A stretch of 63,961 nt of DNA, the filler included, from Octopus bimaculoides (taxonomy: Eukaryota), in assembly GCF_001194135.2 (NCBI RefSeq). It is 5 parts of 5 records of this genome, joined end to end, with 100 filler letters (N's around TTAATTAATTAA, not from the genome) between each part and the next. Parts side by side here need not be neighbours in the genome. Positions count along the whole stretch, not along the records: positions 46,075 to 61,030 come from NW_026304047.1; 4 more parts are not named here. One strand, 5' to 3'. The notes below the pieces were generated by a model. The model made no database searches, was not told where the DNA came from, and saw nothing but the letters and a program-made list of their open reading frames with translations. This document shows, piece after piece, positions 49,823-61,130 of the stretch. The position numbers and the translations under genes were made by a program. Position 1 is the first letter of the stretch. Each line of letters opens with the position of its first letter.

Positions 49823-50299
49823 GCTTACATAGAAATACATGGAACAGTGTATAAAGCCTAACTGGTTTCATGTGCGAACCACTGAGAAGAAGAAAGCTAC
49901 TTCAACCAACACCCTCTAAATTCATCACTAGGACTGTTATATTATAGGGAGAAATTATTCAGAGCTCATCTGCATGAAATACAAGTCAAGTTAGTACCGT
50001 CATACATAGGATAGTGGGGTGAGAATAAATAAATGGAAATATTAACCCAATGGTTAATACTGTTTTAATGTGATTATGGCAAGTGCGGAAGATAACTCCA
50101 GATAAGTTTTAATCTTATTAAATCTTCTCAGCGAAGCCTCGTCGTCTCCGTACGCGCGAAAATTATTGATAAGTGAATCATTGTATTGATGTACCTAGTG
50201 GTAAGCTGTCAAGGTTTAACAACTGGTTTGCTTAATTCTCCAAATTTGCTAAGCTACCACATGGTTAACCAAGAGTTTTGTGTAAACAGTTCGGAATTC

Positions 50300-50640
50300 T
50301 ATAATATCGCTTCATGAATATCGTATTAAAATAAGGCAAAATCTGGATTCGGAGGAAAATAGTGACGGTCTGCGTCCGTAAAAACCAGTCAGTATGAATT
50401 TGGAAGAATCGTAAAGTTTATTCGACGCGAGGATTGTAAAATATAACATTTCGTTACTTTGGCTCCTTGAGAGTGAGGAAACCGAGTAAAATTGAAGTTG
50501 ATGGTTGATTTAGTAGGGAGAGGGATCGCCAAACAATAGGGTTTACGAGAAGGTGAGAAGCTAAAGCGACAACCTAAGAAAGGAGAAAGGTCGGAACCGT
50601 CGAATGAGCGGTAGATAGATACATCACTCAAACACATATC
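50300..50640 (-). pseudogene. Decayed APE endonuclease fragment of a LINE
   Basis: VSIYRSFDGSDLSPF, then frameshifted RSLSLLNQPSTSILLGF and HTDWFL resemble the IYRSP...ILGDFNAHH..W region. Confidence 0.4.
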
Positions 50641-50708
50641 AAGAAGTAACAGTCAAGGTGACGAGATTAAAGTAATAGAGAGAAGAGGGGACAGAAAGGT
50701 AGACAGGT

Positions 50709-51081
50709 TTGGCACTCCGTCGGTTACGACGACGAGGGTTCCAGTTGATCCCATCAACGGAACAGCCTGCTCGTAAAATTAACGTGCAAGTGGCCGAGCA
50801 CTCCACAGACACGTGTATCCTTAACGTAGTTCTCGGGGAAATTCAGCGTGACACAGAGTGTGACAAGGCTGGTCCTTTGAAATACAGGTACAACAGAAAC
50901 AGGAAGAAAGAGTGAGAGAAAGTTGTGGTGAAAGAGTACAGCTACCATCCCCTGCCGGAGCCTTGTGGAACTTTAGGTGTTTTCGCTCAATAAACACTCA
51001 CAACGCCCGGCCTGGGAATCGAAACTACGATCCTACGACCGCGAGTCCGCTGCCCTAACCACTGGGCCATTGTGCCTCCAC
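50709..51081 (-). mobile_element. Full-length SINE family A with 11-bp TSD
   Basis: Complete tRNA-like head and body; TSD GGTAGACAGGT at 50698-50708 and 51082-51092. Confidence 0.92.
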
Positions 51082-51542
51082 GGTAGACAGGTACAATACA
51101 TAAAACAACCACAAATAGACTGACTGGTTAAAGAGTTGTATGCAAGTGACTACACTAATGTATAATAATACATGCACGTGTGTACACACACATGCACAAG
51201 CGATCATTCATATATATGAACGCTCATAAATTTCCTTACTGGCATCAGGAAAATGACTTTATTAATCCTCAGAAGTAGATATTAAACTAGAAAATTTGGC
51301 ACAGTAAACACAGCGATTAACCTTAACTGCAAAACATTGAAGAACTAATTCACTTCCTACAGCGTGGGTGGGAAGAGACATGTGACTCTGTAGTGTGATT
51401 GGTCTCATAATTTCTTCGAAGAAGTCAAGAGTCAGTGTTCAGCAAAATGCTAACAAGTTCGCACACTCCGGCGGAAGACTGTCTGTAGGAATTCAGTTTA
51501 TCACTGAATGTACACAACTTGTCAAAAATGATCTGAGTGGCT

Positions 51543-51700
51543 TAAGTGGTGAGCTTTTAGCGGCATTTCTTCTGGCTTTGCGTTCTGAGTTCAAATTCCT
51601 CCGAGGTAAACTTTGCCCTTTTTCCTTTCATGGTCGATAAAGTCAGTACCAGTCGAGTACTGGAGTCAGTAATAATTTCAGGCCTTGTACTTATAGTAGA
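51543..51700 (+). mobile_element. SINE family M, deleted
   Basis: GTTCTGAGTTCAAATTCC...CTTTGCC...GGTCGATAAAGTCAGTACC. Confidence 0.7.
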
Positions 51701-52331
51701 AAAGAAAAATTATCTTAATGGCTAGAGAAAATTAGTTAACGAGCCAATAATACGAAAACTCAGTCTCGTATCATCAAAATATGAAAAGGATAAAATTTTA
51801 ATTGATATTTCAGCAATGAATACTTAAACTTTAACCTTTGATCTTAAATTTTTGGCTCCCGGATCTGTTGGTTTATTAAGCAATTGACGTCTTTAGAAAT
51901 TCTATTCAGTTCTCACTCTTCCTCTTTCCCACCTTTTATTGTGTGTATGCTTTGCGAGATAGGAATATCTTAGGACAAAAGATATAGGAGTGTTGTTTTA
52001 TGGTTACCTCTGAAAAGGTTTCAGAGTGAATGTCTTGCTCCTATCATTGTTTCACGCACGTACGCTATGTGTGTGTGTATGTACATAAATAAATATTGAG
52101 AAAAAAGATCACCAGAATTTTTTGTCAAATAGAATTTTGTGAATGTAACAGCTTGTTCATTTATATAAAACAGATGTTTTTTTTTGGGGGGGGGGGGGAG
52201 ATTTTGTTTAGAAGAGGAGGACATTGTTTTTTTTTTTTGGTGATGTGTACACCACACATAACACTCCATAAACACACACACACACACACATATCTATATA
52301 TATATAGATATGTGTGTGTGTGTTAGATATT

Positions 52332-52640
52332 GGTGGCGTGCCTGTGTGGTAAGAAGCTTGCTTTCCAACCACATCGTTCCGGGTTCAGTCCCACTTCATG
52401 GCAACCAACTCCATGTGAGTGGGTTTGGTAGACGAGACTGAAAGAAGCTCGTCACTGCTTGACAACCAGTGCTGGCGTGTTTAAATCCGCGTAAATTAGC
52501 GGTTCGGTAAAAGAGACCAATATAATAAGTATCAGGCTTAAAAAATAGGCATTGGAGTCGATTCATTCGACTAAAAAATCTTCAAGGCGATATCCCAGCA
52601 TGGCCACAGTCAAATAACTGAAACAAGTAAAGGATGGAAG
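52332..52640 (+). mobile_element. SINE family B with internal deletions
   Basis: GTGTGGTAAGAAGCTTGCT...GGGTTCAGTCCC...CTGAAAGAAGC...CCAGCATGGCCACAGTC. Confidence 0.85.
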
Positions 52641-52660
52641 ATATGTATATGTACACACAT

Positions 52661-53185
52661 CGAAGATTGTTCCGAAAGTAATGCAAAAGTGGGCTTAACT
52701 TTTTTCTTGTTAAGTGAAATAGGTCGTTCAGATTGCACCTTTGTAGAAAGGTACTACTCAACATATTCCCCATCACAGTCGATAGATTTACGCCAGCGTT
52801 GAACCCANNNNNNNNNNNNNNNNNNNNNNNNNNNNNNNNNNNNNNNNNNNNNNNNNNNNNNNNNNNNNNNNNNNNNNNNNNNNNNNNNNNNNNNNNNNNN
52901 NNNNNNNNNNNNNNNNNNNNNNNNNNNNNNNNNNNNNNNNNNNNNNNNNNNNNNNNNNGCCTATTTAAAAAAAAAAATTTTGCAATCAAGGTGTGCAAAC
53001 ACAAACCTTAAATCTTTTGGAGGCACTGTAAACGCTTTGAACAGCTTTCTGGAAAAAAAACAAAAAAACTTGGTTTGCAGTCCGCAAATTTCGTTCCCGC
53101 TCTTGTGTCGATGTCGTGCAACGTCATGGTGGACGTGGATCGTTTTCAGACTCTTGTTCGGTTTCTTCCTTGCAATGGTTTCTCT
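52661..53185 (-). mobile_element. Mariner transposon remnant (transposase C-terminal part and one TIR; gap 52808-52958)
   Basis: RETIARKKP...IHVHHDVAR (HHDNARPH motif), C-terminal WVQRWRKSIDCDGEYVE*, TIR-like CGAAGATTGTTCCGAAAGTAATG from 52661. Confidence 0.75.
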
Positions 53186-53189
53186 AAAT

Positions 53190-53244
53190 CAGTTGTTCTC
53201 AACCGGGATCCATGCAAGCAAAACCGTAAATTGGAGAACCACGG
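53190..53244. mobile_element. 55-bp deletion derivative of the hAT/Charlie-like MITE
   Basis: CAGTTGTTCTCAACC ... TTGGAGAACCACGG ends; no TSD seen. Confidence 0.45.
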
Positions 53245-54290
53245 AAAATTTTTGCTTAAGATGTATATATTGCAAGAAACAGCTCGGTTTCTTTCTTTAA
53301 CGTTTCTTTCTCATTGTGGTAGCATGATAATCATGATGACCCCCCCTTATCACAGGGGTGTCTATTTTACGAAAATGTTTGATCATGAAATTATAACATT
53401 TACTCTGTTCTAAATTTACTTGTTGATTACTTTTTTTAAAAATCAATGCCGTCATCATCATCCTGACAGCGATTATTGTACTAGTCGAATGGGGAAAGGA
53501 GTCATCTGAGGCGTGACTAATAATACTAGTTGAAAGCTCTATTATATATACTTTCGTTAGCTTTATAATATGAACAAAAGAAACTCCTACGCATTGTACA
53601 CAGAAACATCGACAACTATTACACACAATCACTGAGGTATATACGTTTTAATGGATCAATTATATACATGTGTGTTTGTTTGCTATGTTTCTGAAGAGAT
53701 AGCTAGAGGGAGAAGGTAATTAAAACTAAAGCATGTGAAATAGGATTTTGTTTATTCAATTTTTAATTGGTTATGTTTCTCGTAAGACTTTGGACAACTT
53801 GTTTTTCTATCGCACATCGATCATAATGTCATGTTACAGGGTTAAATGAAACAATTTCTACATCAGAAGTGGTCAAAATTCTTCGATGGCGAGTGAAGGG
53901 TTCCAAACGCTATAAACTTCTTATTTTCATTGATTTCACATACAAAACGATGCTGTAGACACGCATGTATTAAATATGTGCGCACTCGTGCAGCGTTGAA
54001 GATTTGAGGTATTTGTCCTTGGTCACCCTCAGTCGGGTAGACGTATCTATGAGATCAAAGACAGTGGATAGGGAGGCGAGATAGCGGTCTGCCCTGGGCA
54101 ATGCTTTTATGGGCAACACTTTTGGGTCTGCTGTAATATGCCTCTTGTATAGGCTTGGGGGCCCAGGGAGGGTGGTAAACTCAAGCGCTACCCTAGGTCG
54201 CACACAGTAGCTATTCCACTGGTCAAAGACATTCCAACTATGTGTATTCCATCTTTTTACAGGTGTGTAGAACAACTACATTGCCTAATG

Positions 54291-54544
54291 TAGAGGTTCT
54301 CAACCGGTCTTTATGGCCCTTGAGGGTCCATATAAGGTTTGTTGTTTAAATTTATGTGCAATAAACGGGTTATATTTCTGCAATACACAATATTTAAACA
54401 TTTTTTAAATACAATTCCTAATAATAATTTATCATAAAAGTCTAATAGAAGTTTTTAGACATCGATTGGTTTTGAAGGCCCCCACCCCACCTCACCCCCC
54501 GAGTAAGACAGAAATCATAAGCAAAAAATGGTTGAGAACCACTG
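54291..54544. mobile_element. hAT/Charlie-like MITE (254 bp)
   Basis: TIRs TAGAGGTTCTCAACC / GGTTGAGAACCACTG (Charlie-type CAGTGGTTCTCAA); imperfect 8-bp TSD GCCTAATG / ATCTAATG. Confidence 0.8.
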
Positions 54545-54892
54545 ATCTAATGCTTTCCCCTTATTTAACCACGCAGCGGTTTCAATCTTGACTGCTTATT
54601 AAGTTGTGTTGCCCCAAGTGAATTTCAATAAACCTATGTTTAAAAGTAATTCCAGTCGTCACCACGTGACTCTCACATTTTTTTTTTATTTTTGAAGGTA
54701 ATGTATACCTAGATCGAAATTATTTTCTTCTTTTAAAGTGAGTTGGGTGTGACTCAAGGTAGGTTTGGTTAGTGTTTCTAGTAGAACAAGTCATTGCTTA
54801 GAGCTTTTTATTGTTGTTTGTTGTGGTTAGATACTGATGTGCCAGTAACTCCGAGATATTCATCCAGTATTCTGAGAGCTTCCATTACATTT

Positions 54893-55117
54893 TCTTATTT
54901 CTTTATTGCCCACAAGGGGCTAAACATAGAGAGGACAAACAAGGACAGACAAAGAGATTAAGTCGATTACATCGACCCCAGTGCGAAACTGGTACTTAAT
55001 TTATCGACCCCGAAAGGATGAACGGCAAAGTCGGCCTCGGCGGAATTTGAACTCAGAACGTAACGGCAGACAAAATACTGCTAAGCATTTCGCCCGGCGT
55101 GCTAACATTTCTGCCGC
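54893..55117 (-). mobile_element. Full-length SINE family M
   Basis: Reverse-complement match to 17242-17485. Confidence 0.9.
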
Positions 55118-55211
55118 GTACTTCTCTCGGGATGTCCCATATCCGCTCTACTTTGAACATCACTCTGTCGGTACATTCTGGTTATCCTTAACATTACCGC
55201 CATAAATAAAA

Positions 55212-55412
55212 GAGGGCGAGCTAGCGCCGGGTAAAATGCTTAGCGGCATTTCGTCCGTCTTTATGTTCTGAGTTCAAATTCCGCTGAGATAGACTTTGCC
55301 TTTCTTCCTTCCAGGGCCGATAAAATAAGTACCAGTTGAGAGCTGAGGTGGATGTAATCTCCTACCCCCACGCCTGTATAACTGGTTTTGAGTCAAAACT
55401 TGAAACCAATAT
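55212..55412 (+). mobile_element. SINE family M, head-to-head with previous copy
   Basis: GGCGAGCT...GTTCTGAGTTCAAATTCCGC...GATAAAATAAGTACCAG. Confidence 0.8.
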
Positions 55413-56914
55413 TACCGCCATAAACGCGGAGAAAAATACGAGCCTAAACCACAGTAACAGTATAATACAAGAATTGTCAGTTAGTCCATCCATGACAGCA
55501 CATTGACTTGCAATTTTCTTCGTGTTCTCTAACAGTTGTATTTTTCTATCATGAAATTTGCTATAGAAACAATAATGCTTACTTCAGATTCATACTTTGA
55601 TGACGTTTTCTAAGTATAATATATACAATTATATAAAGTATTTCTTCAGCAAAGATTATATTGTTAATTTAGTATAGTGGTCAAAGGTAGAACAAAAATT
55701 TCTTTCTAACCGTGTTCTTTTCACTGAGAATCCGGCTGGGTTGGCGACTTGTGTTAGTCAACCACTTACCACATGGTCACGGGAGATGAGGAGGTATTTC
55801 GCGGAGATGGGGACCGATTAGAGACTCTGCTTGACAGGTCGTCCAGGAGCACTCGGAAACATACGCGCCGCAACGGGGCATGCCCCTACATCTGACCTGA
55901 CCTGTTTACGTGTAATATTTCGTTTCGTTACCCACACAAAAACATAGTGGGTTCACTGTGTTTGGTCAAAACATTACTAGCATTGGTTTACACACACACA
56001 CACACACAAATAGGAGGAGCAAAACGAGTAATTTCTGATTTCTCGTTTTTTTTTTTCCTTACCTGTTCGAAACCATTACATTGTAAGTATTGCATCATCA
56101 TTTTGTATTTTTCCATCATCTCTGGGAGCAAAAATTGGTCAGCAATAAAGGATGGACTTCTTGTTGAAGTTGAGAGAATTTGAAACAGTGAGGTGACAGC
56201 TTTTTCTTCAAGAAACTTTTCCTCAAATTTGGCTCAATTATAATTGAAGTTGCTAATAAAATATCTGGCTAATTTTTGATGTTAAACAATCAATATTCTT
56301 TTCTCTGTTGGATTCTAAATTAATTTTGTTCCACACGAATGTCTAATTGGATAAATTTCATCTTCCAAAACAAATGTCTAAATTGGGGTAAAATGAGTAA
56401 TGACTAATTTCAATAATTCCTTCTCTTTAACTATATGGTGCGTAAATGTATCGGGAAGAGAGCCACTCCAGTAAAGTGTGAAGAAGCAATAGAGAATATT
56501 TTGAGTTTTTAGATTTAGTCGAGTTTCGTTAATTTCACGTACCATTTTTCCATTTGCCCTAGATATCTTAAATTTGTTTCATTTCTGATATCTAAGGATG
56601 GATATTGATGTGTATGAGTTTTTTTTTTCCAGATGCAATTCTGGAGAATTGAAGAGGCAAATTAACTTATCTTGTCTTACTCATTTTGCTCCAGTTAAAT
56701 GTCTTTTATATACTCAGAGAACGGTAATAATTTTCTGACACTTTGTTTTGAACATATTATAGTGTTTTTGATGCATTTAGAGGAGGACTTTTGCTTAGCT
56801 AAATATAGCTTTTATAAGATTGTGGACATTTGTAAAAAACAAAATGTTTATGTCAGTCAAAAATACAGTAAATCTTACTCATCCAAGAAAGTTAGGGGTT
56901 GTGAATCCAACCCA

Positions 56915-57228
56915 CTAAGGGATAATACCTATCCAGGAACCTCCCTTCGAAGACGACGTATGAGTGTTCAGCTTTTGGCCGAGCGACCTGCACAAATGGT
57001 TTGTTTGTAGTGATCAAATGTGGGTGCTGCTCATTAGCTCACTTCCTCCATCAAATCGACGTTGCCTGAATGGGTGTACGGTGTACTACGCGTCAGGTGT
57101 TGAAGTGATCGGGGAGCAACATGAAATGAAATATTTTGCTCAACAACACAAAACACCATTCGGTCTAGGTATTGAAATCACGATGTCGCGATCGTGAGTG
57201 CAACACCCTCACCACTTGGCCATGCGTC
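56915..57228 (-). mobile_element. tRNA-derived SINE with CORE-like box and a distinct 3' body
   Basis: GCATGGCCAAGTGGTGAGGG...GATTTCAATACC head; TTGAGCAAAATATTTCATTTCATGTTGCTCC box. Confidence 0.65.
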
Positions 57229-57258
57229 GTCACATATACACACAACGATTGCAGTGCG

Positions 57259-57408
57259 GAAACACACAAAAACTGTTAACTTCACTTGAAAATTTAGTTT
57301 TGTATTTATTGTGTGAACATTTTCATCGCTCGAGACTGTGTTTCCGAGCCACGAAAATTTGGACATATTACAAATTTTCACGTGAAGTTAACAGCCTTTG
57401 AGTGTTTC
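57259..57408. repeat. Foldback: 37-bp imperfect inverted repeat with ~76-bp spacer
   Basis: GAAACACACAAAAACTGTTAACTTCACTTGAAAATTT vs reverse complement of 57372-57408 (4 mismatches). Confidence 0.75.
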
Positions 57409-58324
57409 AGAATATGGCTAGCATGTGCCTTCCGCAGCACGCGGTCTCAAATCAAATAACTTGCCTGACAGGTACAGCTCCATACTTCCATAATTTAGGC
57501 ATAAGCGAACACATGGCTACCGTGGAGAAAACAAGAAAAGAAAGAAGTTTTCTCATAGTAAAGCCAGCATTTTTTTTCTCACTCCACGGTATCTGTGGTA
57601 ACTGCAATGAATATGCCTACAAAAATTGAAATGTGTCACATATTTTGATTAATCTCAAGTTCGTATATATNNNNNNNNNNNNNNNNNNNNNNNNNNNNNN
57701 NNNNNNNNNNNNNNNNNNNNNNNNNNNNNNNNNNNNNNNNNNNNNNNNNNNNNNNNNNNNNNNNNNNNNNNNNNNNNNNNNNNNNNNNNNNNNNNNNNNN
57801 NNNNNNNNNNNNNNNNNNNNNNNNNNNNNNNNNNNNNNNNNNNNNNNNNNNNNNNNNNNNNNNNNNNNNNNNNNNNNNNNNNNNNNNNNNNNNNNNNNNN
57901 NNNNNNNNNNNNNNNNNNNNNNNNNNNNNNNNNNNNNNNNNNNNNNNNNNNNNNNNNNNNNNNNNNNNNNNNNNNNNNNNNNNNNNNNNNNNNNNNNNNN
58001 NNNNNNNNNNNNNNNNNNNNNNNNNNNNNNNNNNNNNNNNNNNNNNNNNNNNNNNNNNNNNNNNNNNNNNNNNNNNNNNNNNNNNNNNNNNNNNNNNNNN
58101 NNNNNNNNNNNNNNNNNNNNNNNNNNNNNNNNNNNNNNNNNNNNNNNNNNNNNNNNNNNNNNNNNNNNNNNNNNNNNNNNNNNNNNNNNNNNNNNNNNNN
58201 NNNNNNNNNNNNNNNNNNNNNNNNNNNNNNNNNNNNNNNNNNNNNNNNNNNNNNNNNNNNNNNNNNNNNNNNNNNNNNNNNNNNNNNNNNNNNNNNNNNN
58301 NNNNNNNNNNNNNNNNNNNNNNNN

Positions 58325-58810
58325 AAAAAAAAAAAACAATAAGAAAAGGTTATCATTTCAAAACTTTTACAAAAACACAACAAACAGAAAATTCGTAGCT
58401 AATTCTTCCTCAGTCAACATCCAAAAGATCCTTACAATTTCGCGCACACACACACACACACACACTGAAACTTGAAATTTTGACAAAATCATGCGTCAGT
58501 GTGTATGTGTGCGCGTTAATCACGTTTTTAAAACATTAAATTTCGATATAATCATCTCCAAAACAATGCCTGTCTTGAGAAAGTTTCATTAAAAAAAAAA
58601 AAAAAAAATGCCCATTTTTCTGGAAGTTATGAGGAAACAAATTCAACTCGTGTGAATTATCCGAAACTCCTTTACTCACTCTCTAAAAAACTTTTTCATA
58701 ACAAATTCCGATATATTTGGAATCTACATCATCTGAAAGGTATTTGTAGAAAAACTCATTACAAAAAATATCCATTTTTCTGAAAGTTATGAAGAAACAA
58801 AGTCAGTGGA
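58325..58810. mobile_element. Non-autonomous DNA-transposon-like remnant
   Basis: Direct repeats CCATTTTTCTG(G/A)AAGTTATGA(G/A)GAAACAAA near 58612 and 58772; inverted (CA)/(TG) arms 58441-58516. Confidence 0.4.
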
Positions 58811-59114
58811 GGCATGCCCCATATCCACACACACACATATATATAACTCTTCGGAACGCTTAGTTTAGAGAATAGAGACAGCTGATGAAGGAAATATTCT
58901 CTATGTGGCCTGTTTGTTTTCTGTGCTCCGTTTATGTTCTGTTTTCATTTTGTCCACGTTTTTTTGTGACGTCCTGTACCCAGATATGCATCTATATATA
59001 CATGTAGATGTAGGTATGTACATACATGTACGTATATATGCATATACTCACATATTATTTGTATTATATATACATACGCAGAGTTACTAATTCTTCGAAA
59101 GATGACATTGTGAT

Positions 59115-59405
59115 ACATGGCTGTGTGGTTAAGAAGCTCGCTTTGCAACCACATGGCTTCGGGTTCTATTCCACTTCATGGCACTTTGCCCTGTGAGTGA
59201 ATTTACTTGACTGAAACTGCAGAAGTCGGCCAGTATGTATGCATATGCGTCTGAAGCAGTATTTGTTTACGTTCCCCGTAATTTAGCGGTTTGGGCAAAA
59301 GAGATAGAATGAAGTACCATGCTTTAAAAAAATTAGTACTGGGGTCGAGTTGTTCGTCTGAACACAGAAAAGCCGCAGTCTAATGTCTGATACAAGTATA
59401 AAATG
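59115..59405 (+). mobile_element. SINE family B, decayed
   Basis: ATGGCTGTGTGGTTAAGAAGCTC...GGGTTCTATTCC...GTACTGGGGTCGA. Confidence 0.75.
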
Positions 59406-60629
59406 TTTATATCTATATAGAACAAATAGAAAGATAAATTCTATTCAATGCATAGATACTGAACAGTATATATATATAAAGGATAAAATCCNNNNNNNNN
59501 NNNNNNNNNNNNNNNNNNNNNNNNNNNNNNNNNNNNNNNNNNNNNNNNNNNNNNNNNNNNNNNNNNNNNNNNNNNNNNNNNNNNNNNNNNNNNNNNNNNN
59601 NNNNNNNNNNNNNNNNNNNNNNNNNNNNNNNNNNNNNNNNNNNNNNNNNNNNNNNNNNNNNNNNNNNNNNNNNNNNNNNNNNNNNNNNNNNNNNNNNNNN
59701 NNNNNNNNNNNNNNNNNNNNNNNNNNNNNNNNNNNNNNNNNNNNNNNNNNNNNNNNNNNNNNNNNNNNNNNNNNNNNNNNNNNNNNNNNNNNNNNNNNNN
59801 NNNNNNNNNNNNNNNNNNNNNNNNNNNNNNNNNNNNNNNNNNNNNNNNNNNNNNNNNNNNNNNNNNNNNNNNNNNNNNNNNNNNNNNNNNNNNNNNNNNN
59901 NNNNNNNNNNNNNNNNNNNNNNNNNNNNNNNNNNNNNNNNNNNNNNNNNNNNNNNNNNNNNNNNNNNNNNNNNNNNNNNNNNNNNNNNNNNNNNNNNNNN
60001 NNNNNNNNNNNNNNNNNNNNNNNNNNNNNNNNNNNNNNNNNNNNNNNNNNNNNNNNNNNNNNNNNNNNNNNNNNNNNNNNNNNNNNNNNNNNNNNNNNNN
60101 NNNNNNNNNNNNNNNNNNNNNNNNNNNNNNNNNNNNNNNNNNNNNNNNNNNNNNNNNNNNNNNNNNNNNNNNNNNNNNNNNNNNNNNNNNNNNNNNNNNN
60201 NNNNNNNNNNNNNNNNNNNNNNNNNNNNNNNNNNNNNNNNNNNNNNNNNNNNNNNNNNNNNNNNNNNNNNNNNNNNNNNNNNNNNNNNNNNNNNNNNNNN
60301 NNNNNNNNNNNNNNNNNNNNNNNNNNNNNNNNNNNNNNNNNNNNNNNNNNNNNNNNNNNNNNNNNNNNNNNNNNNNNNNNNNNNNNNNNNNNNNNNNNNN
60401 NNNNNNNNNNNNGCAATTATTTTTGTTCTCTTATTTTCTCTTATTTTCCATTTCTTTTTAAATAGTTACATTTCTGTTGTATTGATATTATAATATTTTT
60501 GTTCGCTTATTAGATTTTTACTTTCAATCGAGCACATACATACATACATACATACATGCATACATATATATATATATATACATACACACACACACACACA
60601 CACATACACACACACACACACATATATAT

Positions 60630-60942
60630 GTGGCTCAGTGTTTATAGCGTCGAGCTTACGATCGTGAGGTTGTGAGTTCGAACCCCGGACCGAGCTGTGT
60701 GTTGTGTTCTTGAGTAAGACACTTTATTTCACATTGCTCCAGTTCACTCAGCGACGTCACTAGTGCCAAGCTGTATCGGCCTTTGCCTTTCCCTTGGGTA
60801 ACACTGATGGCGTGGAGAGGGGAGGCCGGTATGCATGGGCGACTGCTGGTCTTCCATAAAAACAACCGTGCCCGGACTTGTGCCTGGGAGGTTAACTTTC
60901 TAGGTGCATTCCAATGGTCAGTCATCACCGATGGGGGGTCTC
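60630..60942 (+). mobile_element. tRNA-derived SINE, family D (CORE-like box, distinct body)
   Basis: GGCTCAGTGTTTATAGCG...GAGTTCGAACCCC head; TTGAGTAAGACACTTTATTTCACATTGCTCC box. Confidence 0.8.
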
Positions 60943-61030
60943 AGCATATGTGTCTATATATATGTATGTATATGTGTGTGTATATACATATATATGTATA
61001 TGTTTGTGTGTGTGTATATATATATATATA

Positions 61031-61130
61031 NNNNNNNNNNNNNNNNNNNNNNNNNNNNNNNNNNNNNNNNNNNNTTAATTAATTAANNNNNNNNNNNNNN
61101 NNNNNNNNNNNNNNNNNNNNNNNNNNNNNN
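61031..61130. other. Artificial scaffold-join linker 44N-TTAATTAATTAA-44N
   Basis: Exactly 100 bp. Confidence 0.93.

Noticed and set aside
58850-58905. Hammerhead-like CTGATGAAGG
   Set aside because: No stem II followed by GAAA, and no stem I in a permuted fold; possibly a pLTR fragment only
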